This document shows, piece by piece, positions 13,341 through 26,059 of a stretch of DNA of 64,000 bases. The stretch comes from Lama guanicoe (lineage: Eukaryota). The stretch spans positions 5,817,220 to 5,881,219 of the forward strand of contig MU054323.1 of assembly GCA_013239625.1 (NCBI GenBank). Reading direction: 5' to 3'. The notes beneath the pieces were generated by a model. It saw nothing but the letters and a program-made list of their open reading frames with translations, made no database searches and was not told where the DNA came from. Position 1 is the first letter of the stretch, and every line of letters starts with the position of its first letter. Made by a program: the position numbers and the translations under genes.

Positions 13341-13829
13341 CTTCCCTTTTAGACTCTCGGTGCTCAATCAATACCAACCTTACAACACAGCCTTGATGAA
13401 AGCTGCCATGGCACTGCTGTGTGAACCATCTAGAAACCACCTTCTGGGATGGTAAACTGGGTACCAGTAGTTGAACAGGAGCTGAACCCAGTAGACTCGA
13501 GGTCCTTCCCCTCCTTTTCTGCCATCCAGCGACCGCTCAGCATCACAGTCAGCTCACGGCCTACAGCCCAAACCAAGCCCCTCCCGTGCCCCATGGAGTC
13601 TCTTGCTGGCAAATACTTCCTGGTGTCATCAGCAACATCCCTCCTGACATGTGCCTCAGGCCTCTCTCTAGCCAGGCTGTGCTTAACCCACATCCAGCTC
13701 AGCTTTGACCCAGGGCCCAGCCCTGCACAGCCAAGCACAATGAGAACTGGGCTACAGATGGAGTTTGGACAATGCTGACATACTGTGTTTCCAAATGGTC
13801 AAGATGGAGCTTGCTGGAAGGATGACCAG

Positions 13830-14070
13830 AGAAAAGACATGACATGTTCACTGTCATGCTCATTGTTCCAGAGCAGCAGCTAGTGGCAGAGCCAGGACTA
13901 GAACTCAGGGTCCTTGATTTTGGGCCTAGTCTCTGCCATGAGTTGGTCATGTGACCTTGAGCACAGCTCTGAGCCTCTGAGGGTCCCCATCCCATAAAAT
14001 GGGGCACTGGCTTGTCTCTCCCTCAGCTTTGCAGTGGGTTAGACAAGCCTGCAGATGCGCAGATGCTGGA
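13830..14070. mobile_element. Two adjacent MIR fragments in opposite orientation
   Basis: gctagtggcagagccaggactagaactcagg (-) followed by tgtgaccttgagcac...cccatcccataaaatgggg (+). Confidence 0.6.
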
Positions 14071-14609
14071 AGAAATATTCCAGCACAGAGGGCCTGAGCA
14101 GGAGACTCCTCCAGTTTCAGGGAAAGTGGGCTTCAACCAGGCACTGCCACTTTTATGTCCGCCCTATGGCCCAAATGCCATCGTCACCAGGCTGCTCCTG
14201 TCATCTCACTGAATCGCTAGGTTTTTAGCCTACATTTCTTGAATCTTTTTACACTCTACCTGATAACTCTGTTACTTTGGGTTAAAACCAAACTCTTACA
14301 GCTATGTAACCTTTAGTCAACAAAGATGATCAGATCCGAATTCAGAAAATAACACTGTTCCAAAGTCCTGGAGCTGAGACGGCCCAAGGTGACAAAATTC
14401 AGGAGGGGCAAGAGCCGTGAGCCAAGGATGCTTAGTAGATGATAGCAGGGGAGGCCAGTTACACTTCATAGGTAGCCAGAATTGTCTGAATTTTGTGACA
14501 TTTTAGAAAAATAAGCTGCAAAAATGTCACTGCTAAATTAACACCATTAAAGAAAAGCAGTTATTAGCGCTTAAAACTATGGCTCTAAGAATGATAGTAA
14601 CATACGCAG

Positions 14610-15390
14610 TACAGCGTTAGGTTGGTGAGAATCCCAGGTCTTATAGAGTCAGAACCCACTTTGAATCCCAGTCACACTGTTTCATGGCAGTGCAGTGTGT
14701 TACTTCACTCTTCCGTGGCTCCAACTTTCCATTTGTTAAGTGGAAATGGTGCCCAACTACTCGAGAGAGTGAGGGATTAAATTAAATGAGACAATAGATA
14801 AAGGGCTTGCAGTAAACAGAATACAACCCCCAACAAAGATATTGTCATCCCAGTCCCCAAAACCTGACTATGGTACCTTACATGGCAAAGGGAACTTTGC
14901 AGATGTGCTTAAGCTAAGGACCTGGCGATGGGGAGATGAATCTAGATGATCTGGGTGAACCCAATATAATTACTGGAGTCCTTCTGAGAGGAAGGTAAGA
15001 GGATCAGGGCAGAGGAGACATGATAACAGAGAGGAAGACAGATAGATAGGCAGACAGACAGATAAAGTTGAAGATGCTACACTGCTAACCTTGAAGATGG
15101 AGGAAGGGGCCAAAAGCCATGGAATGCAGGCAGCCTCTTGAAGCTGGAGAAGGCAAGGGAAAGGATCCTCCCCTAAAGCTTCCAGAAGAAACATAGTGAG
15201 CCCTGCAAATATCTTGATTTTGGACTTCCGTCCTCCAGAATTGTAAGGTATTAGATTTGTATTGTTTTAAGCCACTAGTTTTGTAGTAATTTGTTACAGC
15301 AGCAAGAGAAAACTAACACAGGATTTTTGAGCCCACTTCAGCACTGTGCCTGGCACATGTTAAGGGAGCCAGTAATAGTAGCTACTAATA
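14610..15390 (+). mobile_element. MIR split by an MLT1D LTR
   Basis: MIR core at 14640-14807 (tttgaatcccag...gagggattaaattaaatgagacaat) resumes at ~15330 (cagcactgtgcctggcacat). Confidence 0.7.
14808..15320 (+). mobile_element. MLT1D-like MaLR solo LTR
   Basis: TG...CA ends; accttacatggcaaagggaactttgcagatgtg, ttgaagatggaggaaggggcc, ttgttttaagccact...ttgttacagcagcaagagaaaactaacaca. Confidence 0.9.
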
Positions 15391-15719
15391 TTTGGAGGGA
15401 CTCTAACAATTTTTTTGTGGCCAAACACCCATCAGGTGCCTTCATCCCTTCCTTGATGTCTCACCAAGGGATTTTCTTCCTCCATTTGGTCCCGTCCATT
15501 GACAAGTGCGCCTATCTCCGAGTGGCCTGCTGTTCCGGGCAGCTGTGAAATGGTTGTAGAGAGCTCATTCTCTACTTGGACTGGAAATCTGGCCCTCTGA
15601 AATCTGCCCGGTCCCCTCTGCTTCTGACACCCCTTCAGATAACCACACACAGGTCTCAGCTAATCCCAGAGGCTTCCCAGCTAAGCTCTGAGTCTGTACA
15701 GAGCCTTGGGCAGCTGAAC

Positions 15720-16650
15720 ATCCCTGCTGACTGATGCCATATTCCTGTATTTTTCTCTCAGACCACAGCTACTGTTGGGACCCACATGCTCAATCCTATC
15801 ATTTGTCTGTTTCATCTCATATCATTACTCAGCTTAATACTTAAGCCTATTCTTCAGACCTTGTTACGTCAACCATGTCTTCTCTCCATGTCATCTCAAA
15901 ATCTGTTAAGTACGAACTAACTCACTTATGTCTTATGCATCACTAATAAAAATATCACACGGAAACACAGGAAATGTACTTTCATACTGACATTGATCAG
16001 CATCTTTGGGTATGTATTACCCAAATACTAGTCTTCAATTGAAATTACTTGTGCACAAATTTATCATGAGATTCCTTGACAAATACCAAGCTGATGTATG
16101 CTTTGCCTCTACCATAGCTAACACAATTCCCTGACATAATAATCTAGCAAGTCTATAGCAAAACTGGGAATACAGTTAGCTTGTGGTGGCTTGCTCTTAA
16201 AGAAGCCACACAGGTTTCCAGAGAATTCCTCATATTTCATATGCTCACAAATCAGCCTTAAATAATCAACTTAATGAGGGTAGAGGAGACCCCCACTTTT
16301 GTAGTCTGCAGAATCGTCCCCCCTCTTTACTAATGAAAGCTGTATTTTCCTATCTCCAGCGTTCCATTTTCTTTCCCACTCTCCATGTTCCTTAAAGATT
16401 ATCAGCAGAGGCTCTACTGCTTTGATGGTGAGTTCTTGCTGCTCCCTGGGGTGTAATTTGTCCCGGCCAAGAGACCTGAGATCATTTACAGCAGCTTGAT
16501 GCTTGTTATAATCTCTTTACTCATCTCGAACTTCAATTTTCTCTTCCCACAGTTTTCTTTTTCTTTTTAGTCAGTAGATTGTTCTCCTTCACAAAGAAAG
16601 AGGTAAAATTCTGCTTTCTTCCTGCTATTCTAAAATGCAAACAGCATCAC
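15720..16650 (-). mobile_element. Ancient L3/CR1 LINE, reverse-transcriptase remnant
   Basis: Minus-strand translation near 16380-16480 gives SLGRDKLHPREQQEL...AVEPLLIIFKE, resembling CR1 SPGPDxLHPRVLKEL...IAEPLxIIF. Further decayed nucleotide matches to the QHGF..KSC.TNL and DFSKAFDKVSH regions lie at 16060-16215. Confidence 0.8.
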
Positions 16651-16702
16651 ATTACTTGGTCTCCTCTAAGCCCATGAGTGGCTGATTCCCCTTCGCCTCC
16701 AG

Positions 16703-16780
16703 CAGGGATTCTCAAACTTCCTTAAGGTACTTGTTTAAAATGCAGATTCTCCAGAGACTTCCCCTCTCAGAGGCTGAGTC
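16703..16780. mobile_element. MER5-like hAT fragment
   Basis: cagggattctcaaactt...cttgtttaaaatgcagattctcc. Confidence 0.55.
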
Positions 16781-16786
16781 AATTGC

Positions 16787-17230
16787 TGTATTAGTTAGGG
16801 TAACATTAGCTGCAAAAACAAACAAACCCAAAATAATAAAACAGCTCAAACACAATATAATTTTATTTCTCATTTTCTTAATGCCCAAATTCAGAAACCC
16901 AGGGCTTCCTGGGTTTTGTTGCCCTGCCATCTTTAACATGTAGCTTCCAAGATCCTTGTACTTGCCTGCACCAACATGGAGAGAGGTAAAAGAGCATGGA
17001 AAGCATTCAGGGCAGATTTTAACGAGTCAGATTTGGAAATGGTACATATTACTTCCACTCACATTCCATTGACACGAGTGCACCTAACTGTAAAGGAGAC
17101 TGGGCAATATAGTCTAACAGCAAAGGAGGATGGGAGCTGTAGTCCTACTGCAAAGGACACTGGGAGGTGTAGTCTAGCCCAGGAAGAAGAGAAAATGGTT
17201 ATGGTGAACAATCTGCTGATGTGGACATAG
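16787..17230 (-). mobile_element. MLT1J/K/L-like MaLR LTR
   Basis: begins tgtattagttaggg...gctgcaaaaacaaacaaacccaaaat; internal acttccactcacattccattg...cacctaactgtaaaggagactggg. Confidence 0.75.
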
Positions 17231-17439
17231 AGTTAGGCTTAGGAAACAGCCTCCCACATGATCCTGATGTAGGGCCCCACTCTGAGCAACACTGCCCTGT
17301 GCATCCCCAGTGCACAGCCTCCAAGGTAAAGTGGCCCCTCTTTCTGCTTTAGCCCTGCCTGCACTCTCCACCCTGCTCCAATCATATGCAGCACTAGCAG
17401 CTACCCCAGCCTGTCCTGTGCTTGGAGATTCTTGTTCTC

Positions 17440-17755
17440 CTTGCCCTTCCTCCTACTGTTCATTTGGCAAAATTCTGCTTATTCTTCCGGACTCAGCTCA
17501 AGTGTAATCCCTTCTGCACAGCTTTCTCCGAGCCACCTGCCTCCAAATCGCACTGGCAGGACCCTTCCTAAGGTTCTGGTTCTATCTCTACTGAATCTCA
17601 TTACAGTATTGATCATGCTTTGTTCATAGGTGTGTGTCTCCCCATTAGACTGGGAGATTCTCGAGGGCAGCGACCTTGTCTTGATTATCTTTGCATCCTC
17701 AGCACCTGGCACTTTGCCTGGTATACAGTGGCATCCAGTAAGAGTTTGCTCCACA
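17440..17755 (+). mobile_element. L2 3' region
   Basis: gactcagctcaagtg...ccccattagactgggag...gagggcag...ctttgcatcctcagcacctggcac. Confidence 0.8.
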
Positions 17756-18195
17756 GAAATCCTTAGTTTTAGACATCTTACCACAATCACCAATCAGATC
17801 CTTTCTTGATATTCTGCTCATGTCAGATGAGGAAAGCTTTTTGTCATCCTGACCATTTTGCCTTAATTAATTAGCATTAATTAGGTGAGTGTAACTCTAC
17901 CACATTTATGCCTCTTCTCTCCTTTTGCCAGCTGCACTCAAAGGTGAACCTTCCAACAGCCACTCTGGTTTCATCAACACCCATTCCCACCTATTCCTCT
18001 CCAAGAGCATTGGCAACCACACATTAAGAATTCTATCAACAAGGGTTCTTGAGCCATCTTCTCTTTTGGAGTCCCAAGTAATGTCCTCTGATTTCTTGGG
18101 GACCTTCTGAAGCCTGAAATCCTGAAATCCAGTGACTACCTCCTACCATGACCATTCTTCCTCTCTCTGGAAGCCGTGGAATCTAAGGTGACTGT

Positions 18196-18693
18196 TGTGT
18201 TAGTCAGCCTCCAGCATGATTCCCACGAGCCCACCTCCTGGTATTCACAGCCTTGTGGCCCTTCTCACATCAAACCTCCGTTGGTCTATGTTGTTTGTCC
18301 AAGATTCAGTCATAAAAGACATTACAGCTTCTGTCTTGCCCTCCCACACTCCCCCTCACCCAGATCACTTGCTGCTCAGGGAGAAGTCAGCTGCCATGTC
18401 TTGAGACAGCACTGTAAAGAGACCCACAAGGCAAGGAACTGGGGCCTCTAGCCCACAGCCATGAAAGTGAGCTTGGAACCAAGTCCTCCAGCCCCAGTGG
18501 AGCCTTGAGATAACTGCGGCCCCAGCTGATGTCTAGTTGCGGCCCCTGCAACTTCATGGGAAATCCTGAGCCAGACCACCTAGCTAGGCTGCTCCTGGAC
18601 TCCTGAGCCTTAGGCCCTGAGTGAGATAATGAATGTTGTTTAAGCTGCTAAGGTTTGGGGAAATTTGTTTTATAGCCATAGATAACTAACACA
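18196..18693 (+). mobile_element. MLT1E/F-like MaLR solo LTR
   Basis: cccacctcctggtattcacagccttgtg, cagctgccatgt, gagtgagataatgaatgttgtttaagctgctaag...gataactaacaca. Confidence 0.85.
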
Positions 18694-19199
18694 ATTGGGT
18701 TGTGTCTCATTCTAATCTTACTTTCCAGTCTCCTTTAGCTCAGATTTCAGTGGCATGAGTGGTACAACCATCGGCTGGGGATGCCCAGAGCTCACCAGTG
18801 TGAGGTACCTGGTATATGCTTAGGTGGTGAAAAGGCACAACACGACATCCAACTTCCATTCTGGCTTTGAGACATGTGTCCAGAATGAGCCAGCCACATC
18901 TCCCCTCTAATCAATGGGTCATATCAAACTCCCTGCTGATGATGGAACACCTACCCCATCTCTAAGTGTCTGCATTAAAATTTTTAGACTAAGGATTCAT
19001 CAGTTCCCACATCCTTTGTTATAAAGAATATAAGAAAAACTATTTTTAATAAAATTAAAGGTTGAGAACAGTATCTGGCACATAGCGTTAAACCAATATC
19101 AGCGATTACTGATATTTTCATCATCAGTACATCATTATTTTATATACTGCCACCCCCAACTAACATCTCTGTTGGTTTTGAACAACACATACACATCTA

Positions 19200-20050
19200 T
19201 TGCCACATGTCGATCTTAATTCCCAGGAAAAACGTTCTTGATTATAATGATGAGTTCATATCTACAACCCTTTTAAAATCTTAAGTTCATTAATAGGATT
19301 TGTCTATTTGCAGACTGGTATATAAACATCTCAATTCCAAATATTGCTCTGACTCTTTCCAAGCCCTCCTAGGTTTTTCTAAACCTGCTTATTCTAATGT
19401 TTAAGTTCTGGTTGTTTCTAATGAAATTTTATATTAGCCAAAACTCTCTAATTTTGAAATTGACCTAAAGCTACACTGAAAATAACAAGAGTTTAGACTT
19501 AAGCTAGAAGATACCGACCTATTGTCTTGTAGGAAAATTCACAACCACCTCAAGGAAACGTGAATGATTTGCAATCCTTTTCCTGAGTTGGCAATAAGTA
19601 AATCTATAAACAATTGAAATGTTCTTTAAATGAAATCGACTGGTAAATATTTTTCAAAGGCTTAGAAGGAGTGAAAAATGTTAACAGAACAGGCCTGTAG
19701 TGTTACACTTTTACACGATTAGCATTTGTCTCCGAAGTCTAAAAGAGAAACCTTTTATCTCAATACTACATTCTTCCGTTTGTAACAGTCTCTGATTTTT
19801 TAAAGCAGTTTCTATTCAAGACATCTTTTATGACCTGATACAAATGTGCCTTCCTTTATACAATCAAGTAATCTGGCACATTTGCCCTTTTTTCCCTTAG
19901 AGATCCTAACTGTAGAACCTATTCATCTTGTATGCTTGATGCCTCGAACCCCACCTCCTCCCTTTGGGTGCTGTCTGTTCTATTTCATTCCTAAATGTCT
20001 CCTTTTGCCCTACATTTTAACCTATAAATTGCTCAAGACATCTTGAAAGC
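19200..20050 (-). mobile_element. Possible very old non-LTR retrotransposon RT remnant (family uncertain)
   Basis: minus strand near 19640-19705 reads HYRPVLLTFFTPSKP then (frameshift) FEKYL, loosely like RT NYRPISLL..SK..EK. Confidence 0.3.
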
Positions 20051-22033
20051 AGGTAGGTGACAAGCCCTAAATAAATAAAAATAAATTAATGTGTTTCTGA
20101 CCAGTTGTATATGAACAGAATGTTTAATAAATCAGCCACAGATTAAATATCAAAGGGGAAAACTTCACTTACAGGCAGTTCATGCATCCTTTTGTAATGT
20201 AAACTAGCAAATCCTTCTGTTCTATTATTTTGAATTTTCATATATCATATTTTCTTATAGTAAGATGCACCTGGACCAGATGGTGATTTTATCACAGGCT
20301 TAGGCTATTTTTAAGTACCCTGAGTTCAGGACCTATGGCTTTTCTCTTCCCTGTTGCCTCCAACTCCTTGGGGACAGGGCCTCTGTGTTGTGTTGACAGT
20401 CATGTTTCCACTGGGTGTGACCTCACAAATTCTTCCCCTTAGACCCACTGCATGGAAAGTGCACACAGCTTCACAGATTCTAGTGGGGATAAACATGAAG
20501 ATGAAATCCAGGGACACATGTTTCAAAGGACCTGAAGCAGCTGAAACCAATAGATACTTCGCCCCGCAAAGGGAGAATTCTCTAAAACTCTGAGAGTTCC
20601 TGAGGCTCGATTCCCAACACCTCTGTCTTCAGGGAGAATAGTGAATTTGTTCCCTGGTGGGGCTGCCTTTTTCTTGTGAACAGGACCGGCAGCCTCTGCT
20701 TTGGGGATATGGGAATAAACAATAATTCCTGAGACAGAGGCCTGGACCTGGCTGTGTTCATTCAACAGCTGATGAAAATGAGATTTGCAGCCAAAGGCTC
20801 TGCACGGTGGTCCTCTGTGTCCTACTCTGCTTCCCCCACAGCCCACATGGACTGGGAGACTCGGGCAGCTTGAGTCCAGGCAGAGGGCAGAGAGTGTAAG
20901 GGTCTCTGTCCTGGAGCAAACAAGGCAGTCACCTGCCCCGGAGTATTTGTCCTGCCTCTGGCCCAATTCAAGGCTGTAGGATGACCCCACTAATGACACG
21001 GTCCAGGCCCCAAGTTCTCCTGAAAACTCAGAGGGAGATAAAAGTCACTGGCACCTGTGGATTCTGGAGTCAAACAGGGAACTGGCAGGCCTGTTACCTC
21101 TTTTATTCTTAAAAACAGCTCGAAAAATATGTATGCAAAGAACTATGAGGATCCAATCTTCTCTCAAAAGTCTCTTGAATTTTCCCTTTAGTGAAAAAAC
21201 CTGCTTCAGTGAGCAAAAGAATCCTAACACTCAAATTAAATGTTCCTACAACCACCCTCCCAATCACTTGGGTCTTCTTTTTATACTGTCTCATAGAGAA
21301 ATACCCGGCCCTTCTTAAACATGGAAAAAATAAAGAGGAATTTTGGTCGCTGTGAACAATTCAACACCCAATAAATATGTATTAAGCAACTACTAAACCC
21401 ATTCCTTTGACCACTGTGTTTGAAGAATCACTTTATCAACAGGGAGAGTAGAACCTGCTCTTTTAAAACGCCCAAGCAGTGTTTCCTGTCAGTTTGGGAG
21501 TCGGAACCACCCAGGAAAATTGCTAGTGGCTCCGTCTAATTAGCACTCCTGCCACCTGCAAACAGCTGGTACTAAAAAAAGGTGCTGAATTCCTGCCACT
21601 GAGAATGCCAAAAAGACACCACCGATTTCACTCTGCATCTTAGAATCCGATATTTCACTGATTTGGACAAAGAAGGGAAATACATTTTCATTTTCACTCA
21701 AAGGAAATGACTGTTAACAACATGTCGTGTTTCAGAAACTATCATACCGGGAAGAGCTCCCCAGTCCAGGGATCCCATCTCCCCTAACCTCCTGGTCACT
21801 GCCTTCTACTCCGACTGGTCTGGGCTCCTGCCTCCTCTGGAAACCTCCTCACTCTTCAGATCCAGTACGAGACTTGCCTCTTCCAGGAAGCCATCCTGAC
21901 CAGCACAACTCTTACAGATATTCCCCTAGATGCTCACAACACTTAGAGCCTTTTCCCCACAACTAAGCTCCAGGTTCTGTTTCTTGGTAACAATCACTGT
22001 TACCTTAACCCTGTCAAGAACAAGAAGCAAGTA

Positions 22034-22349
22034 CAGTAGTCTCACCTTGTCTGCAGGGAATATGTCCCAAGACCCCCAGTGGATATCTGAAATTGCAGAC
22101 AGTACCAAACATTATAGGACCTGGGATTTTTTTCTACACTAACAGGCAGGTAGTATACACAGCATGGATACACTGGACAAGAGGATGATTCATGTCTTGG
22201 GCAGGATGGCACGAGATTTCATCAGGCTACTCAGAATGGCACACAATTTAAAACTTATGAATTGTTTATTTCTCAAATTTTCCATTTAATATCTTCAGAC
22301 AGAGGTTGACCACAAGTAATTGAAACTGTGGATAAGGGGGAGACTCCTA
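22034..22349 (-). mobile_element. MER44/Tigger7-derived TcMar MITE, inserted in an L2 fragment
   Basis: ta|cagtagtctcaccttgtctgc...gtggataagggggagactcct TIRs; internal aatttaaaacttatgaattgtttatttc matches recalled MER44. Confidence 0.85.
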
Positions 22350-23059
22350 TCTTGTATTTGGATGCCTCAGCCCCTTTGGGGGAACAGTAGGGGTAAAAAT
22401 GAGCGGAGTATGAACCACCTTGTACCTTCCCTGTATTCCTGAAAGCAAGCACCCAGCACAAGGCTGAGCGTGCAGGAGGTCCTCCGAAAATGGCTGGCTG
22501 AATGATTAGCGTGTGCCTTTGTGACACATCTACAGAACAGGGTGGCCACAGTGAAAATCCAGCAGCTGTGACTTTTTACTTCCTGCTTTAATCAACACCA
22601 TGGGGTTGAAATGCAGGACACACAGTAGGTGCCAAATAGATTTTTATGGATTGATTAGCCACTGGAGGGACAGTGACTTATGTAGGATTTATTAATGCAT
22701 TTGATGCCAAATGGGGATGGTTTTAGCAGAGCAAAATGTGAGCAAAACAAAACAGCAAACACAAAACTGAACCAGCAGAGAAGCTGGCTCCTGCTCTATT
22801 TATACCCACTGCGCTCCTGGAAACAGATGTCCTCTCAGACCTGAGGGTTTCTGATGAGGCGTCCACTCTTCCAAGTGACCTGTGCATTCAGTAATCAGAG
22901 ATGCTTTTCCCTCTTCTACAACAGTCCTACAATCATGTCCTATGACGGATTTCCAGTCCTGGGTCCAGGACTGGCTGCCGATAAAGGCAAAATCAGCATC
23001 TACTGGGTCTTCTCCAAAGGACAAGCACTGGGTTAATGACAAAAGGAACTGCATTTGTG

Positions 23060-23310
23060 TGTTGAGTGTGGTGAAAAGAACAAAGGCTCTGGAACCAACT
23101 AACCAGGCTCAAATTCCAGCTCTGCCACTTACTGGCTGTGTGATTTCAGGAGATCACCTACCCTCTTTGTGGCTCAGCCTTCGGGGCTGATAACACTGAT
23201 TCCACAGGTTGCCATGACCATTAATTGGGTAGTATAGGAAGAATACCTGGTACAACGCTGGGCATGTTGTAGCCATTGAGTAAATGGTTGTTTTGTTGTG
23301 GTTATTGCTA
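23060..23310 (+). mobile_element. MIR, near full length
   Basis: gtggtgaaaagaacaaaggctctgga...ctcaaattccagctctgccacttactggctgtgtga...cctggtacaacgctgggcat. Confidence 0.8.
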
Positions 23311-26059
23311 CAAATAAGGAGGGAAGGCCGTCTCAGCCACAGTGGGCACTTCCAGACAGTCCAGATGTGGCTCCTCTGGTGCCTCTCGAGGTGACAGTAG
23401 TAGCCTTTCCAGCACAAAGTCCTTGCCTGATCAACTGCACAAATAATGGTTTATGCTCTGAGTAGAGAATGGATGTTCTAGAGCATTCCAGTCTACCTCC
23501 CTGGGCACCTCCAGTCCACTCCTTCACCACCCACCTGCTTGGGGCATACACATTAGTCCTGATTGCAGAGCCCAGCTCAGGGCATCGCTGTCAGGACAGA
23601 GAACTGGGTTTGGAAGCACACTTCACCAAGCTGATCATGCACTTCACGGAGCAACCTTTGACCAGGACCAGAGGAGCTCCCACGTACAACACCCAACAAA
23701 TTCCATTCACCAGGGAGAGAGAGCCATGCCAACCACGGCGCATATCCCAAATACCACAAAGCAGGACGGTGAATGACCCAGAACAGATCCCTGCTACCAG
23801 CAAGGTCTATGCAGGAAGAGGGGAGATTTCGTACACAACACAAAGAAGATAAGGTGTGTGTCACCAAGACCCTGGGGGAATCGGGGCAGATGACTCGAAC
23901 AGCAGCACTCCAGGAGAAAGGGAGTTTTTGTCTACACCAGAGCCGCCCGATCCTAAGTGGCAGTGTCCAAACCCAACTGCTCCTAGCTGGGCAGAGCCCC
24001 AGTGCAGAGGAAGATCTTGGCTTTAGACTCCAGAAATCCTCATTTGCATTCAGGCTTTGGGGATGAAAGATGGGTGGGGTGAGGAGAGGGCAGACAAGCC
24101 CACTGTGATTCTAATTCACACAGCTTTTCTCCTTCTCCAGACAAGCTGGCACCCCCGGTGAGCTGTTATCAAGCTCCAATCCTGAAGGCGTTGCAACACA
24201 CCAGAACCGGCACCCTTGACATCACCTGGGTAGATGCAGATTCAGCATGGACTCTCTTCTCTGATCATGCCAGCAGGAAAAGCGGGAGAATCCTTACACC
24301 TTCACCTAGAGATGTAGCTGAGGAAGGCTTCTTGGGAGTGCATATTTCCTTCTTTCATTTGAGAATCATTCAAAAATGATCTGAAAGACACCGAGTGCCT
24401 CAGATTGCCAGATCTTAACCTATCCCTTAACCCTGCAGACTGTAGCTGTATTACCATAATGCCTGCACCTGTACCACGTGCCTCTGTTCCTGGACAGAGC
24501 CGGGTGGATTCCCCTACGTGCTCATAGCTGGTGGATCCATGCAGATCGTTTCAGAGGACTGCTTCCGACAGCATGAATGAACACTGACTCACCTGTGCCT
24601 TTGGTCTCCTCTCTGCTTTCAGTGCTTGAGATGTTACCTGAGTCCTTTTTTAAAATCAAAAATAATCCCTCTTTCTCCTTCCTCCCACCTGCATTACCCT
24701 TCAATCACTTTTTATACACCGCGTTAAGAACTTAGCATTCAAACCACGTCTATCGCTCCCCTTCAGGTTGTTGGAGGAAACTTGGGGAGCTTTCTTGCCC
24801 CTACTCCCACCCTCCTCCCCCTTGGAGGACCATCTGTCACCCTGTCTTAAAGACACACCACTTCTCCTGGCTGACCCCACCATCAAGGGTGGATTCCTCC
24901 CTGCAGTACTTTGCTCTGTCCCTTCCCCACCCCCAGCTTCACACACAAAAACTTCTTTCGTTTTTTTCTTTTTTCAGGAAATGCAGTTACTCTAACACCA
25001 ATGGGCCATCTCCCCGGTGTTCTCATTCCCTTTCACTGACAGTCCTCCCGCTACCCTCAGTAGATTATTATTATTTATTATTTATCAGCCGCAACACTGT
25101 ACTCTGCTTCCCACAAGATATTAAAGAAGACACAATCCCTGCACCGAGTTTACAGCCAAGGAGAGCAGAGGCCTGGATTCAGACATCAGAGGCGTGAGCT
25201 GAGAGAAAGAGATTTACCCACGAGCCCTCCCGCTGCCCTGGCAGATGGGGGCGGGGCCTGGCAAAGCCCGCCCCGGGCTGGCTCCTCCCAGTTCAGACCA
25301 AAGAGCGAGCAGCTATGTTACCTTACCACACCCCTCCTCCCCAGTTTCTACCCCGGCCTCAGACCTCAGTAGCTCTGCCAGGGAGAACGGAGGGGGGAGG
25401 GGGAGGCTGAGACCCAGCAAGAGGTCAGGGAATAAAAAACAGATCCAGAGAATTACCAGAGAAGGGAAGACTGGTGTCGAAATGAAATGTTCTGGCAAAA
25501 TGGAAAAGCCCTCAATGGGGCTGCCACGGGCCTCCAGCCAAACCTTTCCTTTTAGGGTTGAAGTTAGGGTCTGTGTAACAGCATGTGGAGACGGAGAAGT
25601 GATGGGACTAAGAAAGTCAGTGTAGACAGTGAGAGTCAGTGTGGACATGAAAGGCTGCTGTGGCCTGAGTAGGGGCTGACTAAACAGAGAGCAGTTCTGT
25701 GTATTCAAGAGAGTCAGTGTAGACAGGAAAGCCCGTGCACCTCGAGGACAGTCGAGCCCGGACAGACTAGAGAGGGTCGTCGGTGGTCAGGATTTGCAGG
25801 GCTAGCCGTGGTTCTTCAGAGATTTGAACAATTCCTGCTCCTTACCGTGGCTGGAGTGTCACAGGGAGGGCGGAAGCTGAAAGACGATTGGACTTTTCGT
25901 TCTCAAACTTTTCTGCCAGTTTCCTCAGGTGTTGAGAGCGGACAGGGAGCTCGCCTCAGTCCGGTCCCCCACAACCCTGGGCCGGCGGGGCCCAGAGGCC
26001 AGGGCCCAGGAGCCGGGGCCACGCGCCGCGCATCTGCCGGGCGCGGCCGCCGAGCGGGG

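Noticed and set aside
17084..17173. CRISPR-like array
   Set aside because: Head-to-tail degenerate repeats without unique spacers, in a mammalian LTR, with no cas genes.
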